DNA from: Cytophagaceae bacterium
GTDB taxonomy: Bacteria; Bacteroidota; Bacteroidia; Cytophagales; Cytophagaceae
Reading direction: 5' to 3'
Assembly (NCBI GenBank): GCA_046290815.1
Contig: JBKBUF010000027.1
Coordinates: 1 to 64,000 of the forward strand
DNA: 64,000 nucleotides
Made by a program: the position numbers and the translations under genes. Every line of letters begins with the position of its first letter. Position 1 is the stretch's first letter. Below are positions 27,108-36,902 of the stretch, piece by piece. The notes under the pieces were generated by a model, which was not told where the DNA came from, did no database searches, and saw only the letters and a program-made list of their open reading frames with translations.

Positions 27108-29255
27108 TCATTGTTTAACAAACATCCTGATCACTACTCCCGATTCATCCTTTAGCATGTACAGTCCTTTATCGAGTGATGAAATGTCAATTTCCATTCC
27201 TTCATGTACATGAACATTCATTAGCACTCTTCCGCTGAGATCTGAAATTTCCCAGTTGCTGTCATTGGCATTGGAAATAAAAATTCTGTCTGTAGCAGGA
27301 TTAGGATATACTTTGAAAGTATCTATGGATTTATTTATGCCTGTAACAATAGCAGAAGTAAATTCCATGTGATGAAGGTTAACATTGCCTGTAATAATAT
27401 GTACCCTGAGTATATGTTCCCCTTGTGAAAGAGAAATATTTGTAAAGTTTGTATTTGCCCATGTTTGCCAGCCTCCTGTTGCAGGAAGATTTAACTGAGG
27501 ACTTACAAAATTTCCACCAATGCTTAAACGTATTGCACCGGCTGTATTAAGACCTGCATGACGAACCCTCAGGTTATACAATCCGGGCTGTGTTACATTC
27601 ACCGTATATTCAAGCCACTCACCTGCAATCGTCCATCCGACGTTGTAACCACCTCCGGTTGCAGCTTCTATATCCACTGCATCGTTTCTTAATGCTCCAC
27701 CTTCGTTTGCAGGAGTAGTATCATAAAAGCTTAAATTTTGTCCTCCGGTGTCATAAGTCTCAAACTGAATGGTGCCGGGAATAAGATGTGCGGATCCACC
27801 GTATGGACTGCGTGTACCTCCTGTAATGTTATTTTCGATCTTATTGATGTAGGCCACCGCACCATTGAAGGCAGCATTATAATAACTGCAATATTCGCTG
27901 GAAACATAGTTGTTAATTCTATCATGAAAGTTGTTGCAGGCAGACTCCGGACCTCCTGCAAGTCCTCCTGACAATGTATAACCAAAAGGAACAGATCCCG
28001 GATTGTTTCCTTCCTGGGTATATAAGGTCCATGCATTGGAAGACTTACCAAATGCGGCTGCATGATGAGGAGATTTGGGAAATCCTCCTCCAAGGACATT
28101 ATAACCTATGAGAAAAGAAAAATTTGCAGGAGCATTCGGCCCGATACCATTATGAGTACCCAGAATAAAATCAACATTTCTTTTTGCAAAAGTATATGCC
28201 GAAGCACTTCCAGAGGACCTATGATAAAGTGCCGACAGGAAAGCTGCATTTCCGGCATCGCGCAAAGATCCCCAGTTGGTGTTATGAAAATATCCGCAAG
28301 ACTGATTTGTATATGCATTAACCCTGCTTGCTACACGGTTAAGCCAAGTGGTGGTCCCTGTTATTTCATACAACTCATAAAATAAAAGATGATTCATAGT
28401 ACCATAATCAAAGCCTGCACTTTGGCTTAAAGAATTGGCATAATTCGTAGCTTCAGTCAGATAAGTATTAGTGGCTGTCGCGCGATAAAGCATGGCCGCA
28501 GCTAGTCCCATCTCGTCAGCATAACCCGCATTTGCAAGCCACGAATAAAATCCATCTGTGGATCTTGCATCAGCAGTAGAGGCAGGGTTAATTTTTCCTA
28601 TTGTATAATAGGAGACTGCCGCATTCAGGCAGGACTGAGCATAATTAGCATCGTAGCTTTTATATAGGATCGACATTAGTGCCAAAGCCGCGGCACTATT
28701 CCCAAATGCATTAGACCTTCCGGAAGTGGCAGAATAAACAGTACGGATATTAGATCCATTATACAAAGTCTGGCTGGAATTGGAAATAGGTTCGTTAAAG
28801 CTATTATGGTCATTGCCATCTCCTATCTGCCAGTAAATGGTGTTACCATTTACACATTTGATTAAGAAGTCTGTTTCAATCTTTACCTCATCCAATACAT
28901 CAGGAATACCATTTGCCGGAGGTTTGGAATATGCCTGGGAATACTGATCGGGATACACCTCAGGAAATTTGTCCATACCATATAAGTAAACCAGTGCAGT
29001 GTACGGACCGGTAACATGGAATTTAATGTAATCACCGCAATCGTGCCAGCCTCCTGTCAGGTCCCGACCGATACTTTGTCCGTCAGTGGTATGACAGCCG
29101 TTGCTGGTTTCCGGCTGAATCCAGGATTTGGTGTTGCCACATCTTTGTGCACCTAAAAAGCGGGTGGAAAGATGTTGTGCCAACCCATAATTATGCTGTG
29201 CCTGGCTGGAAATGTACCCTAAAAGGACAATGCATGTAAAAATTAACTTCTTCAT
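27108..29255 (-). CDS. GH9-family endoglucanase with a T9SS type-A C-terminal sorting domain. The likely start is the internal Met (MKKLIFTCIVLLGYISSQAQ), and the ORF is open up to 29312.
   Basis: The GH9 signature DLTGGWHDCGDYIKF is present (compare the family consensus DxxGGWYDAGDHVKF). The C-terminus VYPNPATDRIFISNAND..GLYMLKDESGVVIRMFVKQ is a T9SS CTD. Confidence 0.85.
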   Translation of the reverse strand: MKKLIFTCIVLLGYISSQAQHNYGLAQHLSTRFLGAQRCGNTKSWIQPETSNGCHTTDGQSIGRDLTGGWHDCGDYIKFHVTGPYTALVYLYGMDKFPEVYPDQYSQAYSKPPANGIPDVLDEVKIETDFLIKCVNGNTIYWQIGDGNDHNSFNEPISNSSQTLYNGSNIRTVYSATSGRSNAFGNSAAALALMSILYKSYDANYAQSCLNAAVSYYTIGKINPASTADARSTDGFYSWLANAGYADEMGLAAAMLYRATATNTYLTEATNYANSLSQSAGFDYGTMNHLLFYELYEITGTTTWLNRVASRVNAYTNQSCGYFHNTNWGSLRDAGNAAFLSALYHRSSGSASAYTFAKRNVDFILGTHNGIGPNAPANFSFLIGYNVLGGGFPKSPHHAAAFGKSSNAWTLYTQEGNNPGSVPFGYTLSGGLAGGPESACNNFHDRINNYVSSEYCSYYNAAFNGAVAYINKIENNITGGTRSPYGGSAHLIPGTIQFETYDTGGQNLSFYDTTPANEGGALRNDAVDIEAATGGGYNVGWTIAGEWLEYTVNVTQPGLYNLRVRHAGLNTAGAIRLSIGGNFVSPQLNLPATGGWQTWANTNFTNISLSQGEHILRVHIITGNVNLHHMEFTSAIVTGINKSIDTFKVYPNPATDRIFISNANDSNWEISDLSGRVLMNVHVHEGMEIDISSLDKGLYMLKDESGVVIRMFVKQ

Positions 29256-29535
29256 AAGCGAGAGATTTTGATTAAAACCAGATTCTGCTTTTAAGAAAAA
29301 AGACCTGGGCACAATTGCAACCTTAGGGATAAAAAACAGGCAATAAAAACTGCTGAATATATGCTAAAAATGATAAAAAATCCCATAATAATATCATTAC
29401 CATTGATCAAAATCGTTGAAAATCAATTGATATTTAAGAGGGCCTTATGCGGGAAAATAACAGAGGAATATTTTTTTTCCAAAAGGAGGCTTTCAAAAAT
29501 CTTTGATAACAGCAAAAATAGCACTTTTCTCCTCA

Positions 29536-29662
29536 GGCCGGAAGGCCCTCGTTTCCATCTCCGCGATTGAATTTTTAGCCACACGGCCTACACTGCTAAA
29601 GCCCAAAGCTAAAAACCTGTCTGCCGACAGGCAGGTAAGATCGCCACGATGGAAACTTGTAT
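29536..29662. ncRNA. GC-rich (~50%) structured element: a closing helix GTTTCCATC/GATGGAAAC plus GCGAT/ATCGC, an inner helix TTTTTAGC/GCTAAAAA, and a hairpin CCTGTC-tgcc-GACAGG. It may be a candidate cis-regulatory RNA or a small RNA; the strand is unknown.
   Basis: The inverted repeats are read directly. The region has only short overlapping ORFs on both strands. It lies ~290 nt upstream of the GH9 start and just downstream of the DUF1569-like gene. Confidence 0.35.
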
Positions 29663-29731
29663 CAATGGCTGCTACAAATACCGCCTTTTCTTTCCAACCT
29701 TCCCTATGTGCTACATAACTATAATTCAATA

Positions 29732-30187
29732 TTATAACCCAAACTGTCTCAAATGATGGTCCAAATGCATCCAGGTAAAAACACCCCATTCTTTCATACT
29801 TAGTCTGCCCAAAAGCTTGTGATTGACTTCAATAGGTTCTTTCCTTTCAGAAAACTGGTGAATAATATCAATATATAGTTTCTTCTCTCTTTCAAAGATC
29901 TTTTCATCAGTCTTATCTCCTTTATAAACCACTGACAGAGGAGCTTTAATTTTTTTCGGCACCTTAGGAAGAATATACAAAATAACTATCCGGAAAAATA
30001 TCTGCCTTAAACTGCTTGGGCGGTTATCCGAAGGTGCATCAAGGCAAATTTTATTCAACCTGTTACAATGGTGAAGCATTTCCAAAGGGGTCATGCTTCC
30101 CCACAAAGGCATAGAATCATGCTTAAGTGGCTGAACCCGTGAAATGAGCTCTTTTGCAACATCTTTATCAAAAATATTTTTCTTCAT
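29732..30187 (-). CDS. DinB/DUF1569-like small protein (putative)
   Basis: A WGxMT..EML.H..H...HL.QFG-type pattern (..PLWGSMTPLEMLHHCNRL...HLDHHLRQFGL) is present. The call is low confidence. Confidence 0.45.
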   Translation of the reverse strand: MKKNIFDKDVAKELISRVQPLKHDSMPLWGSMTPLEMLHHCNRLNKICLDAPSDNRPSSLRQIFFRIVILYILPKVPKKIKAPLSVVYKGDKTDEKIFEREKKLYIDIIHQFSERKEPIEVNHKLLGRLSMKEWGVFTWMHLDHHLRQFGL

Positions 30188-30290
30188 AATAATTATATTC
30201 TGCTTGAATGCTCTGCAATTTAAAGTTATTTTAGTCTTGAAATGATCAAGGCATTAAATTTGCCGCATTTTTCTATAGACGGAAAGCAGC

Positions 30291-31115
30291 ATGAGTAAAA
30301 AAAACACGAAAGAAAATCTTCCTATAAACCAATATTTAATTCAAAGTGGAAACCTGGCTGGGAGATTTAAAGAATATGAGTCGTTAGTAGAAGGAATAGA
30401 AATTAAAAAAAGCGCTGGCCTGCTGATGCAAGACAGTGCTTTCCTAAGTTTTACTGAGCTATTTCCAGGCATTGTAGCACTGGCAGATTTTGCAAAGGGC
30501 GAATACCTTTACATTAAAAACATGGAAGCCATACTTGGCTATTCCAGCCAGGATTTTTTTGATAAGGGCATTAGCTTCACATTGACCTTGTTTCCTCCGG
30601 AACATAATGAAGTCATCATCAATCAGATTTTCCCGACAATGTTTTCAATCATTCAGGAAGAAGCAGCCAAAGGTAAGGTGGAAGGTTTCAGAATCTCTTA
30701 TCCTACAAGAATGATCATGAAATCAGGAAAGACTTCATGGTTTTTGCATCAGATCAACATTCTTCAAAGCTATCCCGACGGGAAGCATCTTGCCTTAAAA
30801 CTACTTTCCGAAATAGAGCATGTGAAGAAAGACGAGAGCATCACCCTTTCGATAAGCAAGAAAGACAACAAAGGAATTTACTTTCCTTTTTTCACCAAAA
30901 CATTTATTCCGGGCCAACAAAAAGAAGAACTTTCCAATCGTGAACTGGAAGTACTGTCATTGCTTAGCCAGGGGAAATCCAGCAAGGAAATTGCCGATAT
31001 GCTTTTCTTAAGTGAACATACGGTTTATAACCATAGAAAAAATATGCTGAAAAAATTAAAGGTCAACAGAACCGCTGACCTTGTGTCAAAAGCATTTACC
31101 AATGGATTGATATAA
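30291..31115 (+). CDS. LuxR-family transcriptional regulator with an N-terminal PAS-like sensory domain
   Basis: The C-terminal GerE/LuxR HTH is LSNRELEVLSLLSQGKSSKEIADMLFLSEHTVYNHRKNMLKKLKV. The N-terminal ~200 aa are PAS-like (..YIKNMEAILGYSSQDFFDKGISFTLTLFPPEH..). Confidence 0.75.
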   Translation: MSKKNTKENLPINQYLIQSGNLAGRFKEYESLVEGIEIKKSAGLLMQDSAFLSFTELFPGIVALADFAKGEYLYIKNMEAILGYSSQDFFDKGISFTLTLFPPEHNEVIINQIFPTMFSIIQEEAAKGKVEGFRISYPTRMIMKSGKTSWFLHQINILQSYPDGKHLALKLLSEIEHVKKDESITLSISKKDNKGIYFPFFTKTFIPGQQKEELSNRELEVLSLLSQGKSSKEIADMLFLSEHTVYNHRKNMLKKLKVNRTADLVSKAFTNGLI

Positions 31116-31132
31116 GTATTCCTTACATTCAA

Positions 31133-34100
31133 ATGAATTTTTCAAATTGTGCCAATAAAGGAATTTTATTGGCGCTGACATTTTTACTTATCATATTCAC
31201 ATCTAATGCACAGAGCGACAGCAGCAGATCTGAACTTTCATTTGATTTTGGAATTACCAGAGGAAGAAACCTAAACTTGTGGCCTGTTTTGAAAAAATAC
31301 AAGGACCATGAAAAGAAGGAGCTTCAGATTTTATACCCTATTTACTCTAAAGTAAAATATTTCGACCTACATATAAAACACAGTCATCTTCTACCTTTGT
31401 TTATTGCGGACAGCTCCGCACAGGGTACTGAAAAAAGGTATATCACTTTCTTTTATCCAACTCTTTTTCATTACCAAAAACAGACCATCAGGGAAGAAAC
31501 AATAAAGTCAGCAAAATTTCTGGAGCTGGCGCCTAATATTTCAATGTTAGGAATAAGCAGATCTCCAAAAGGACTATTTGTAGAGAACAATTTATTCTTT
31601 TTTATATGGCACAAAAGAGACGAGCTTAACCAAAAATCAAGACTTATTGCTTTCCCGCTTTACTGGCACTTTTCGACAGCTACTGATACAAGTCATCTTT
31701 TGCTTCCATTTTTTTATAAGAAGAAAAGTAAAGATCTGGAAAAATTTAATTTACTGGGAGTCTACAATTATCACCGTAGCAAATATAAAAAAAATCATAC
31801 CGTCTTTCCTGTATGGTGGAGCAGAGAAGAATATTATGGAAGAGACACCACAAGCAAAAAGATAATATTTCCTGTATACTGGCAGATGAACAGTAAAATC
31901 AGGAGCCATTATGTATTTTTCCCTCTCTTTTATAACTTTAATTATGCACATTATAAGACAACCACAGTAATTCCATTATTTTCTAAAGGCATTTCTCCTG
32001 ACGAAAGCCAAAGTCATTTTGGATTCCTTAACTACTGGAAAATAAAAAACAAAAACAAAGAAACTAAATTGCTGATTCCGGTGGGATGGAACACCAAAGA
32101 AATGTATTCTAATGACACGATCAGCAAAACAACCTTTCTTTTTATGTTCTGGTCAATACGGAGCACCAATAAAAAAGAAGACATTTTCCCGCCATTTTTC
32201 TATCGCTATCAAAATTCTTACTATCGCACCTTTTCATTCTTCCCATTCATATCATACGGAAAACAAACCGGTACTGACAACAAGTACCTTTCAGTAACAC
32301 CGTTCTACTGGAAAATAAGAAATGCACATAGCCATAAAGATATATTGATACCCCTGGCCTGGAAAACCTACCGGTATACAGATAAAGGGATGATTGAAAA
32401 AACAACATTATTTCCAATTTACTGGAGAACCAAAAGTAAAGAAACAAATAATACTATATTGTTTCCTTTAGTTTTCAAAACCGACAACAAGCATTACAGT
32501 TCATTAACTATCTGGCCAGTCTACTCCAAAGGTATTTCGAAAGACTCCATCATCAGCCATTCAGGTTTTCTCACCTGGTTCAAGGTGCAGTCACCCCAGG
32601 GGACAACTTCTTTTATAGTACCGCTTGGCTGGAAAACAAAAACATTTCAGAAAGATGACACCTTAACCAGATTTACTGCATTCCCTTTGTACTGGAGCGC
32701 AAAGAGTAAAGTAAAAAATAACAAAACCTTATTTCCTCTATTATACTACCGGCACAACGACAAACGTACAGCTATTACATTTTGGCCGGTATTTACATAT
32801 GTAAAAAGAGCTGATTCTTTGAGAACACTTCTTTCGGTGACACCTTTTTATTGGAGGGTAAGAGAAAAATATTATAAAAAAGATCTTTTGATTCCTCTGG
32901 CTTGGAAAGTTAAACATTATCTCGACCATGACACGGTTCATATTTCCTGCGCTATTCCTCTATTCTATAGCAAGCGAAATAAAAATACAGGAACAAAAGT
33001 GATTTTTCCTTTTTACTACAGCTATCACAACCCTGAATACAAAACTTCAGGTATATTTCCATTATTCTCTAACGGAAGCTCAGCTGATAATAAGATGGCT
33101 CACCTTGCCTTTTTTAATTATTTCAGGTACCGTACACCAAACACCCATATTAAAGTTTTATTTCCACTGGGATGGGTAAAAGAAAGATATTATAAAAATG
33201 ACACCGCAAGAGTTGCAACATTATTTCCGATATATTGGTCAGCTAAAAGTAAAGAAACGAAGCAAAAATATCTCCTACCATTCATTTATACCACACAAAA
33301 CAAGGGCTACAGATCCTTCACATTTTTCCCGCTTGCATCCTTTGGCAAATCTGCAGACAGCACAAGTGCTTCTCACCTTACCATAACACCACTATTCTGG
33401 AAAACAAATAATAAACAGGAAAGCAGAACCATTTTATTTCCGCTTGTATGGCACAGAAAGGAATATTTCCGAAATGACACACTTGTATATACCAGAATTA
33501 TTCCCTTTTATTTTTCTACATGCACCAACAACAAACAGAACAAAACAATTTTCCCTATTATTTACAGCATCAACAACAAGAGATACAAATCATTTACATT
33601 CTTTCCCTTACTCTCACACGGACACTCCAAGGATAGCTTAAAAACAAGATCACATGTTATGATTACCCCATTGACAGGAAGATTTAATTCTAAGGATAAA
33701 TCCACCACCTTTTTATTTCCTTTGATAACCCACAAAAGGCAGGGTGACGAAAACAGATTGTCAATCCTTCAGATTTTGTTCAGGTACTCTTCCGGAAATT
33801 CCGGAACAAGAGCATCATTACTATTTCCATTATGCGAATACAGAAAAGAAAACTCTAAACGAAGTTTCAGAATGGCTCCCGTTTTATGGTATGCTAAAAC
33901 GGACACAAGCCTTATGACTTCCATACAGCCTTTATACTATAGCTATCACAGCGAAACAAGAAATAGTTTCATTTTAGGTTGGTATCTCTATAAATATGAA
34001 AAAGTGAAAGAGGAATCTACTGCACATCATTTTCTGTGGAGATTCTTCTACAGGAAAAAATGGAACAATGGAGATTTTGAAACCAGATTCCTGCATATCG

Positions 34101-34348
34101 TTTATGCTAACGTAAAAAGAAAGGGAAAGCGTGAAAAAAGCATAATACCTATATACAGGAATGTGCGATACCCCGATGGCGACAGAAATGTTTCAGTTTT
34201 CTTTAATTTCTACAGCTACTTCAGACAGTACAAAAAAGAGATCAACGATTCGTATGAAGAGGAGCGTATATTCTGGTTTATACGTCTGCGATCTAACTAT
34301 GCAAGACTAAAAAGTGAAGGGAAAGATAAATATTTCAGAAGGAAATAA
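31133..34348 (+). CDS. Secreted 1071-aa tandem-repeat protein. It has ~40 copies of a ~22-aa unit (hFPLxWxxKxxxxNxT), organised into ~110-aa super-repeats that each contain a conserved W-G/W-K.
   Basis: The N-terminal signal peptide is ILLALTFLLIIFTSNAQ. Units such as LIPLGWKTK..DT, LFPLYWSAKSKxxNNKT, LFPLxYxxxNKxY and FWPVxSKGxSxDS recur visibly. The gene starts 18 bp after the LuxR gene. Confidence 0.75.
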   Translation: MNFSNCANKGILLALTFLLIIFTSNAQSDSSRSELSFDFGITRGRNLNLWPVLKKYKDHEKKELQILYPIYSKVKYFDLHIKHSHLLPLFIADSSAQGTEKRYITFFYPTLFHYQKQTIREETIKSAKFLELAPNISMLGISRSPKGLFVENNLFFFIWHKRDELNQKSRLIAFPLYWHFSTATDTSHLLLPFFYKKKSKDLEKFNLLGVYNYHRSKYKKNHTVFPVWWSREEYYGRDTTSKKIIFPVYWQMNSKIRSHYVFFPLFYNFNYAHYKTTTVIPLFSKGISPDESQSHFGFLNYWKIKNKNKETKLLIPVGWNTKEMYSNDTISKTTFLFMFWSIRSTNKKEDIFPPFFYRYQNSYYRTFSFFPFISYGKQTGTDNKYLSVTPFYWKIRNAHSHKDILIPLAWKTYRYTDKGMIEKTTLFPIYWRTKSKETNNTILFPLVFKTDNKHYSSLTIWPVYSKGISKDSIISHSGFLTWFKVQSPQGTTSFIVPLGWKTKTFQKDDTLTRFTAFPLYWSAKSKVKNNKTLFPLLYYRHNDKRTAITFWPVFTYVKRADSLRTLLSVTPFYWRVREKYYKKDLLIPLAWKVKHYLDHDTVHISCAIPLFYSKRNKNTGTKVIFPFYYSYHNPEYKTSGIFPLFSNGSSADNKMAHLAFFNYFRYRTPNTHIKVLFPLGWVKERYYKNDTARVATLFPIYWSAKSKETKQKYLLPFIYTTQNKGYRSFTFFPLASFGKSADSTSASHLTITPLFWKTNNKQESRTILFPLVWHRKEYFRNDTLVYTRIIPFYFSTCTNNKQNKTIFPIIYSINNKRYKSFTFFPLLSHGHSKDSLKTRSHVMITPLTGRFNSKDKSTTFLFPLITHKRQGDENRLSILQILFRYSSGNSGTRASLLFPLCEYRKENSKRSFRMAPVLWYAKTDTSLMTSIQPLYYSYHSETRNSFILGWYLYKYEKVKEESTAHHFLWRFFYRKKWNNGDFETRFLHIVYANVKRKGKREKSIIPIYRNVRYPDGDRNVSVFFNFYSYFRQYKKEINDSYEEERIFWFIRLRSNYARLKSEGKDKYFRRK

Positions 34349-34418
34349 AGAGGGAAAATAAAAAAGCTATCTCTATTCTACATGGCGCAAAATGAAGATA
34401 GCCCAAACTTTAGCTGTT

Positions 34419-35147
34419 TTATTGATTCTCCAGTCTCTTTGCTTCAGCAAGCTTAGCTTTTAGCTGAGCAAGAGAGTCTGTTACTGCAGGATGCACCATA
34501 CTGCCTTCAAGCGCTTTATTGATTTGCTCATCAATTGATTTATTGTTATCAGCAATGGATGCATAAGACTCAGCAAGTGCTTCTTCCTGTCTTATTTTAT
34601 CCTTCATTTTCTCCAACATTCTCAAAGTATTGTTAGCATCAAGTCCAGCAAGCTTCTGATTGAAATCTTTGGTACTACGAGCCACTTTCACTCTTGCTTT
34701 CAGCGATCCCAATTCGCTCTCGTAACCTTCGATTTTAGATTTAAGCATTTTGTTGTTACTATCAATTTTAGAAGCCATTTCATTGTATTGTCTGGTTGAT
34801 AATTGCAGTGACTGTACATGCTGCTCAGTAGTATGCTTTTTCATGAGTGCTTCAGCAGCTAGTCTGTCAGCCTCTGTAGCTTCAAGATTCCCTGCTTGTG
34901 CCTTCTGTAAAAGCAGCAGGGCTTTATGCTCATATTCCCCGGCAATTTTCAATTTCTCCTTTTGCTCATTTTCTGCTTTTATTGCCAGAGCTTTAATTTC
35001 GGCAAGACTCTTCAATCCCTTGTTAAGATCTTCTCTCAGATCTCTTATACCCTGCTCAATCATATTGATCGGGTTTTCAAGTTTGTCAAGTGCAGCATGA
35101 GCTTCTGCTTCACCAATTTTGAATAATCTTCTGAACCAGTTAAACAT
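34419..35147 (-). CDS. pspA: PspA/IM30 (Vipp1) family protein
   Basis: The N-terminus MFNWFRRLFKIGEAEAHAALDKLENPINMIEQGIRDLREDLNK aligns with the PspA N-terminal helix. The protein is alpha-helical and coiled-coil throughout, and its length (242 aa) fits the family. Confidence 0.85.
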   Translation of the reverse strand: MFNWFRRLFKIGEAEAHAALDKLENPINMIEQGIRDLREDLNKGLKSLAEIKALAIKAENEQKEKLKIAGEYEHKALLLLQKAQAGNLEATEADRLAAEALMKKHTTEQHVQSLQLSTRQYNEMASKIDSNNKMLKSKIEGYESELGSLKARVKVARSTKDFNQKLAGLDANNTLRMLEKMKDKIRQEEALAESYASIADNNKSIDEQINKALEGSMVHPAVTDSLAQLKAKLAEAKRLENQ

Positions 35148-35275
35148 ATAGGTAAATTTATTTGTAAAAATTCTTTAATCTAATTTCGGGTATTTTCCTT
35201 AAAATCAGGAATTTTTTATGAAGTTTTTTTGAAAAAATACACAAAAATGTCTTTAACACCTTAACACTCTAAATC

Positions 35276-35662
35276 CTACCCCTTCCCAAACTTCCTCTCA
35301 AAATAACTGTAGGCCTCGTTGAGTCTGCCGGTTATCAATTCAGCAGTTTTGCGGCTTTCCTCATTGTAATTATGGAGGTCAGGATGGTATTTTTTCATTA
35401 GCGATTTATAAGCAGCTTTAATTTGGTCAAAATTAGCACCGGGTGCCAATTCAAGATTGGCGTAATACTCTGCTTCCTTTTTATTTTCAGGGTTCTGATA
35501 AAGATTCTTATTCATAGGATCAGCCTGTTTTTGCTCAGTATGAAAAAATTCTTCAGCCGGTTCAACAGGCTTAGCTCCCGAAGATGACCCGGCATTAACA
35601 TTTGCTTTTAAAATATTTAAAAATCTTTTTAAAGGCATAAAAAAACAAAACACAAATAACAA
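35276..35662 (-). CDS. J-domain (DnaJ-like) protein with an N-terminal hydrophobic segment
   Basis: The C-terminal J domain YYANLELAPGANFDQIKAAYKSLMKKYHPDLHNYNEE..LNEAYSYF carries the HPD motif. The gene lies immediately upstream of pspA. Confidence 0.7.
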   Translation of the reverse strand: MLFVFCFFMPLKRFLNILKANVNAGSSSGAKPVEPAEEFFHTEQKQADPMNKNLYQNPENKKEAEYYANLELAPGANFDQIKAAYKSLMKKYHPDLHNYNEESRKTAELITGRLNEAYSYFERKFGKG

Positions 35663-35711
35663 AATCCAAACAACAATGGATGTGAAATTCGAAATAATTC
35701 TTAATTCTTAA

Positions 35712-36902
35712 TTACTCCTCTTCCCCTTCCCCCTTATGAATCTCCGCTGCCAGATAATATGCTCCTTCTAACACTACGTCTGCACCAGGATTTAGTTCTG
35801 TCATTGGAATCACTTCTGTATAACCACCATCGGAAACACCAACATTCACCTGAACCATTCTGAAATTGTTTTTACCGGTGTCAGATTTTTCTTTCACAAA
35901 AATGTATTTTGCATCACCATCTGAAATAATTGCCTTATCGGACAAAGAATTCACCTCCTCATTTCCGGTATAAACCTTTGCTCTCACATATCTTCCAGGC
36001 AATAGTTTGCTGTTTTTATTATTCTTTAACTCTCCATGAACTTCAATAGACTTGGTAGTAAGGTTCAAAGACTTTCCTACATTAAAAACTTCTGCTTCAA
36101 ACCAGCTTTCATCCTCTTCACTTAAAGCAAATAAAATTTTCTGATCTTCCTTTATCTTGTCTATATCTTTTTCGAACACATTTAGCACAACGTGGATATG
36201 ACTTACATCTACAATGGAAAACATTTCCTGAGAAGGATTAATATACCCACCGGTTGAAACCGATACCGTATTGATATAGCCATGTATAGGAGCTAAAACA
36301 GGAATGGAATTAACCACATTACCTTTAGCTACAGACAGAGGATTAATATTGATCAACTGCAGTCTTTTTTCAAGAGCATTTACAAGAGCTTTTTGTGAAA
36401 GATAATCTGATTCGGCCTGCTGAAATTTTTTCCCTGCTGACACATTTTCTTCATGAAGCTCCTTCTGTCTAAAATAATCTTTTTCCATAAAGGAAAAGGA
36501 TGCCAATGCTTTTAAATATTCCTGCTGCAGTTGTATAATTTCTGGATGCTCAATCACTGCCAGCAACTCGCCTTCTTTTACAAACTCACCGGGAATCACC
36601 TGGATATTCTTCACCATTCCTCCTACAAAACTGCTAACACTAGCCATCATCTGAGGAGGCAATTCAAGTCTGCCGTTGCATAGCACAACCGAACTTAAAT
36701 TACGTTTTTCAAATTTGCCCGTCACAATTCCTGCCTGTTTTATTTGTTCATCTGAAAGCGTGACAATGTCAGAAACTTCTTCAGTCTCTTCAGAAGCATT
36801 GGTCTCTGTCACTTTTGTCTGGCAGGCAAAAGTAAGCAGACAACAAACAAAAATTACAGCATTATTTATCTTCATATTAATTTCCTCCCAAAAGGTAGTC
36901 AA
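35712..36902 (-). CDS. czcB: RND efflux periplasmic adaptor (membrane fusion protein, CzcB/CusB-like). The real start is probably the ATG at MKINN.., since the track start is a TTG.
   Basis: The signal/lipoprotein segment is VIFVCCLLTFACQ. The HlyD-like beta-barrel/lipoyl pattern is conserved. The gene overlaps the upstream RND pump gene. Confidence 0.8.
   Translation of the reverse strand: MTTFWEEINMKINNAVIFVCCLLTFACQTKVTETNASEETEEVSDIVTLSDEQIKQAGIVTGKFEKRNLSSVVLCNGRLELPPQMMASVSSFVGGMVKNIQVIPGEFVKEGELLAVIEHPEIIQLQQEYLKALASFSFMEKDYFRQKELHEENVSAGKKFQQAESDYLSQKALVNALEKRLQLININPLSVAKGNVVNSIPVLAPIHGYINTVSVSTGGYINPSQEMFSIVDVSHIHVVLNVFEKDIDKIKEDQKILFALSEEDESWFEAEVFNVGKSLNLTTKSIEVHGELKNNKNSKLLPGRYVRAKVYTGNEEVNSLSDKAIISDGDAKYIFVKEKSDTGKNNFRMVQVNVGVSDGGYTEVIPMTELNPGADVVLEGAYYLAAEIHKGEGEEE

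Noticed and set aside
29361-29789. Overlapping small ORFs on both strands (69, 98 and 71 aa) between the GH9 and DUF1569-like genes
   Set aside because: They overlap one another in a GC-rich segment that shows nested inverted repeats. The region is better explained as non-coding structured DNA or RNA, as reported in the findings, than as protein-coding.
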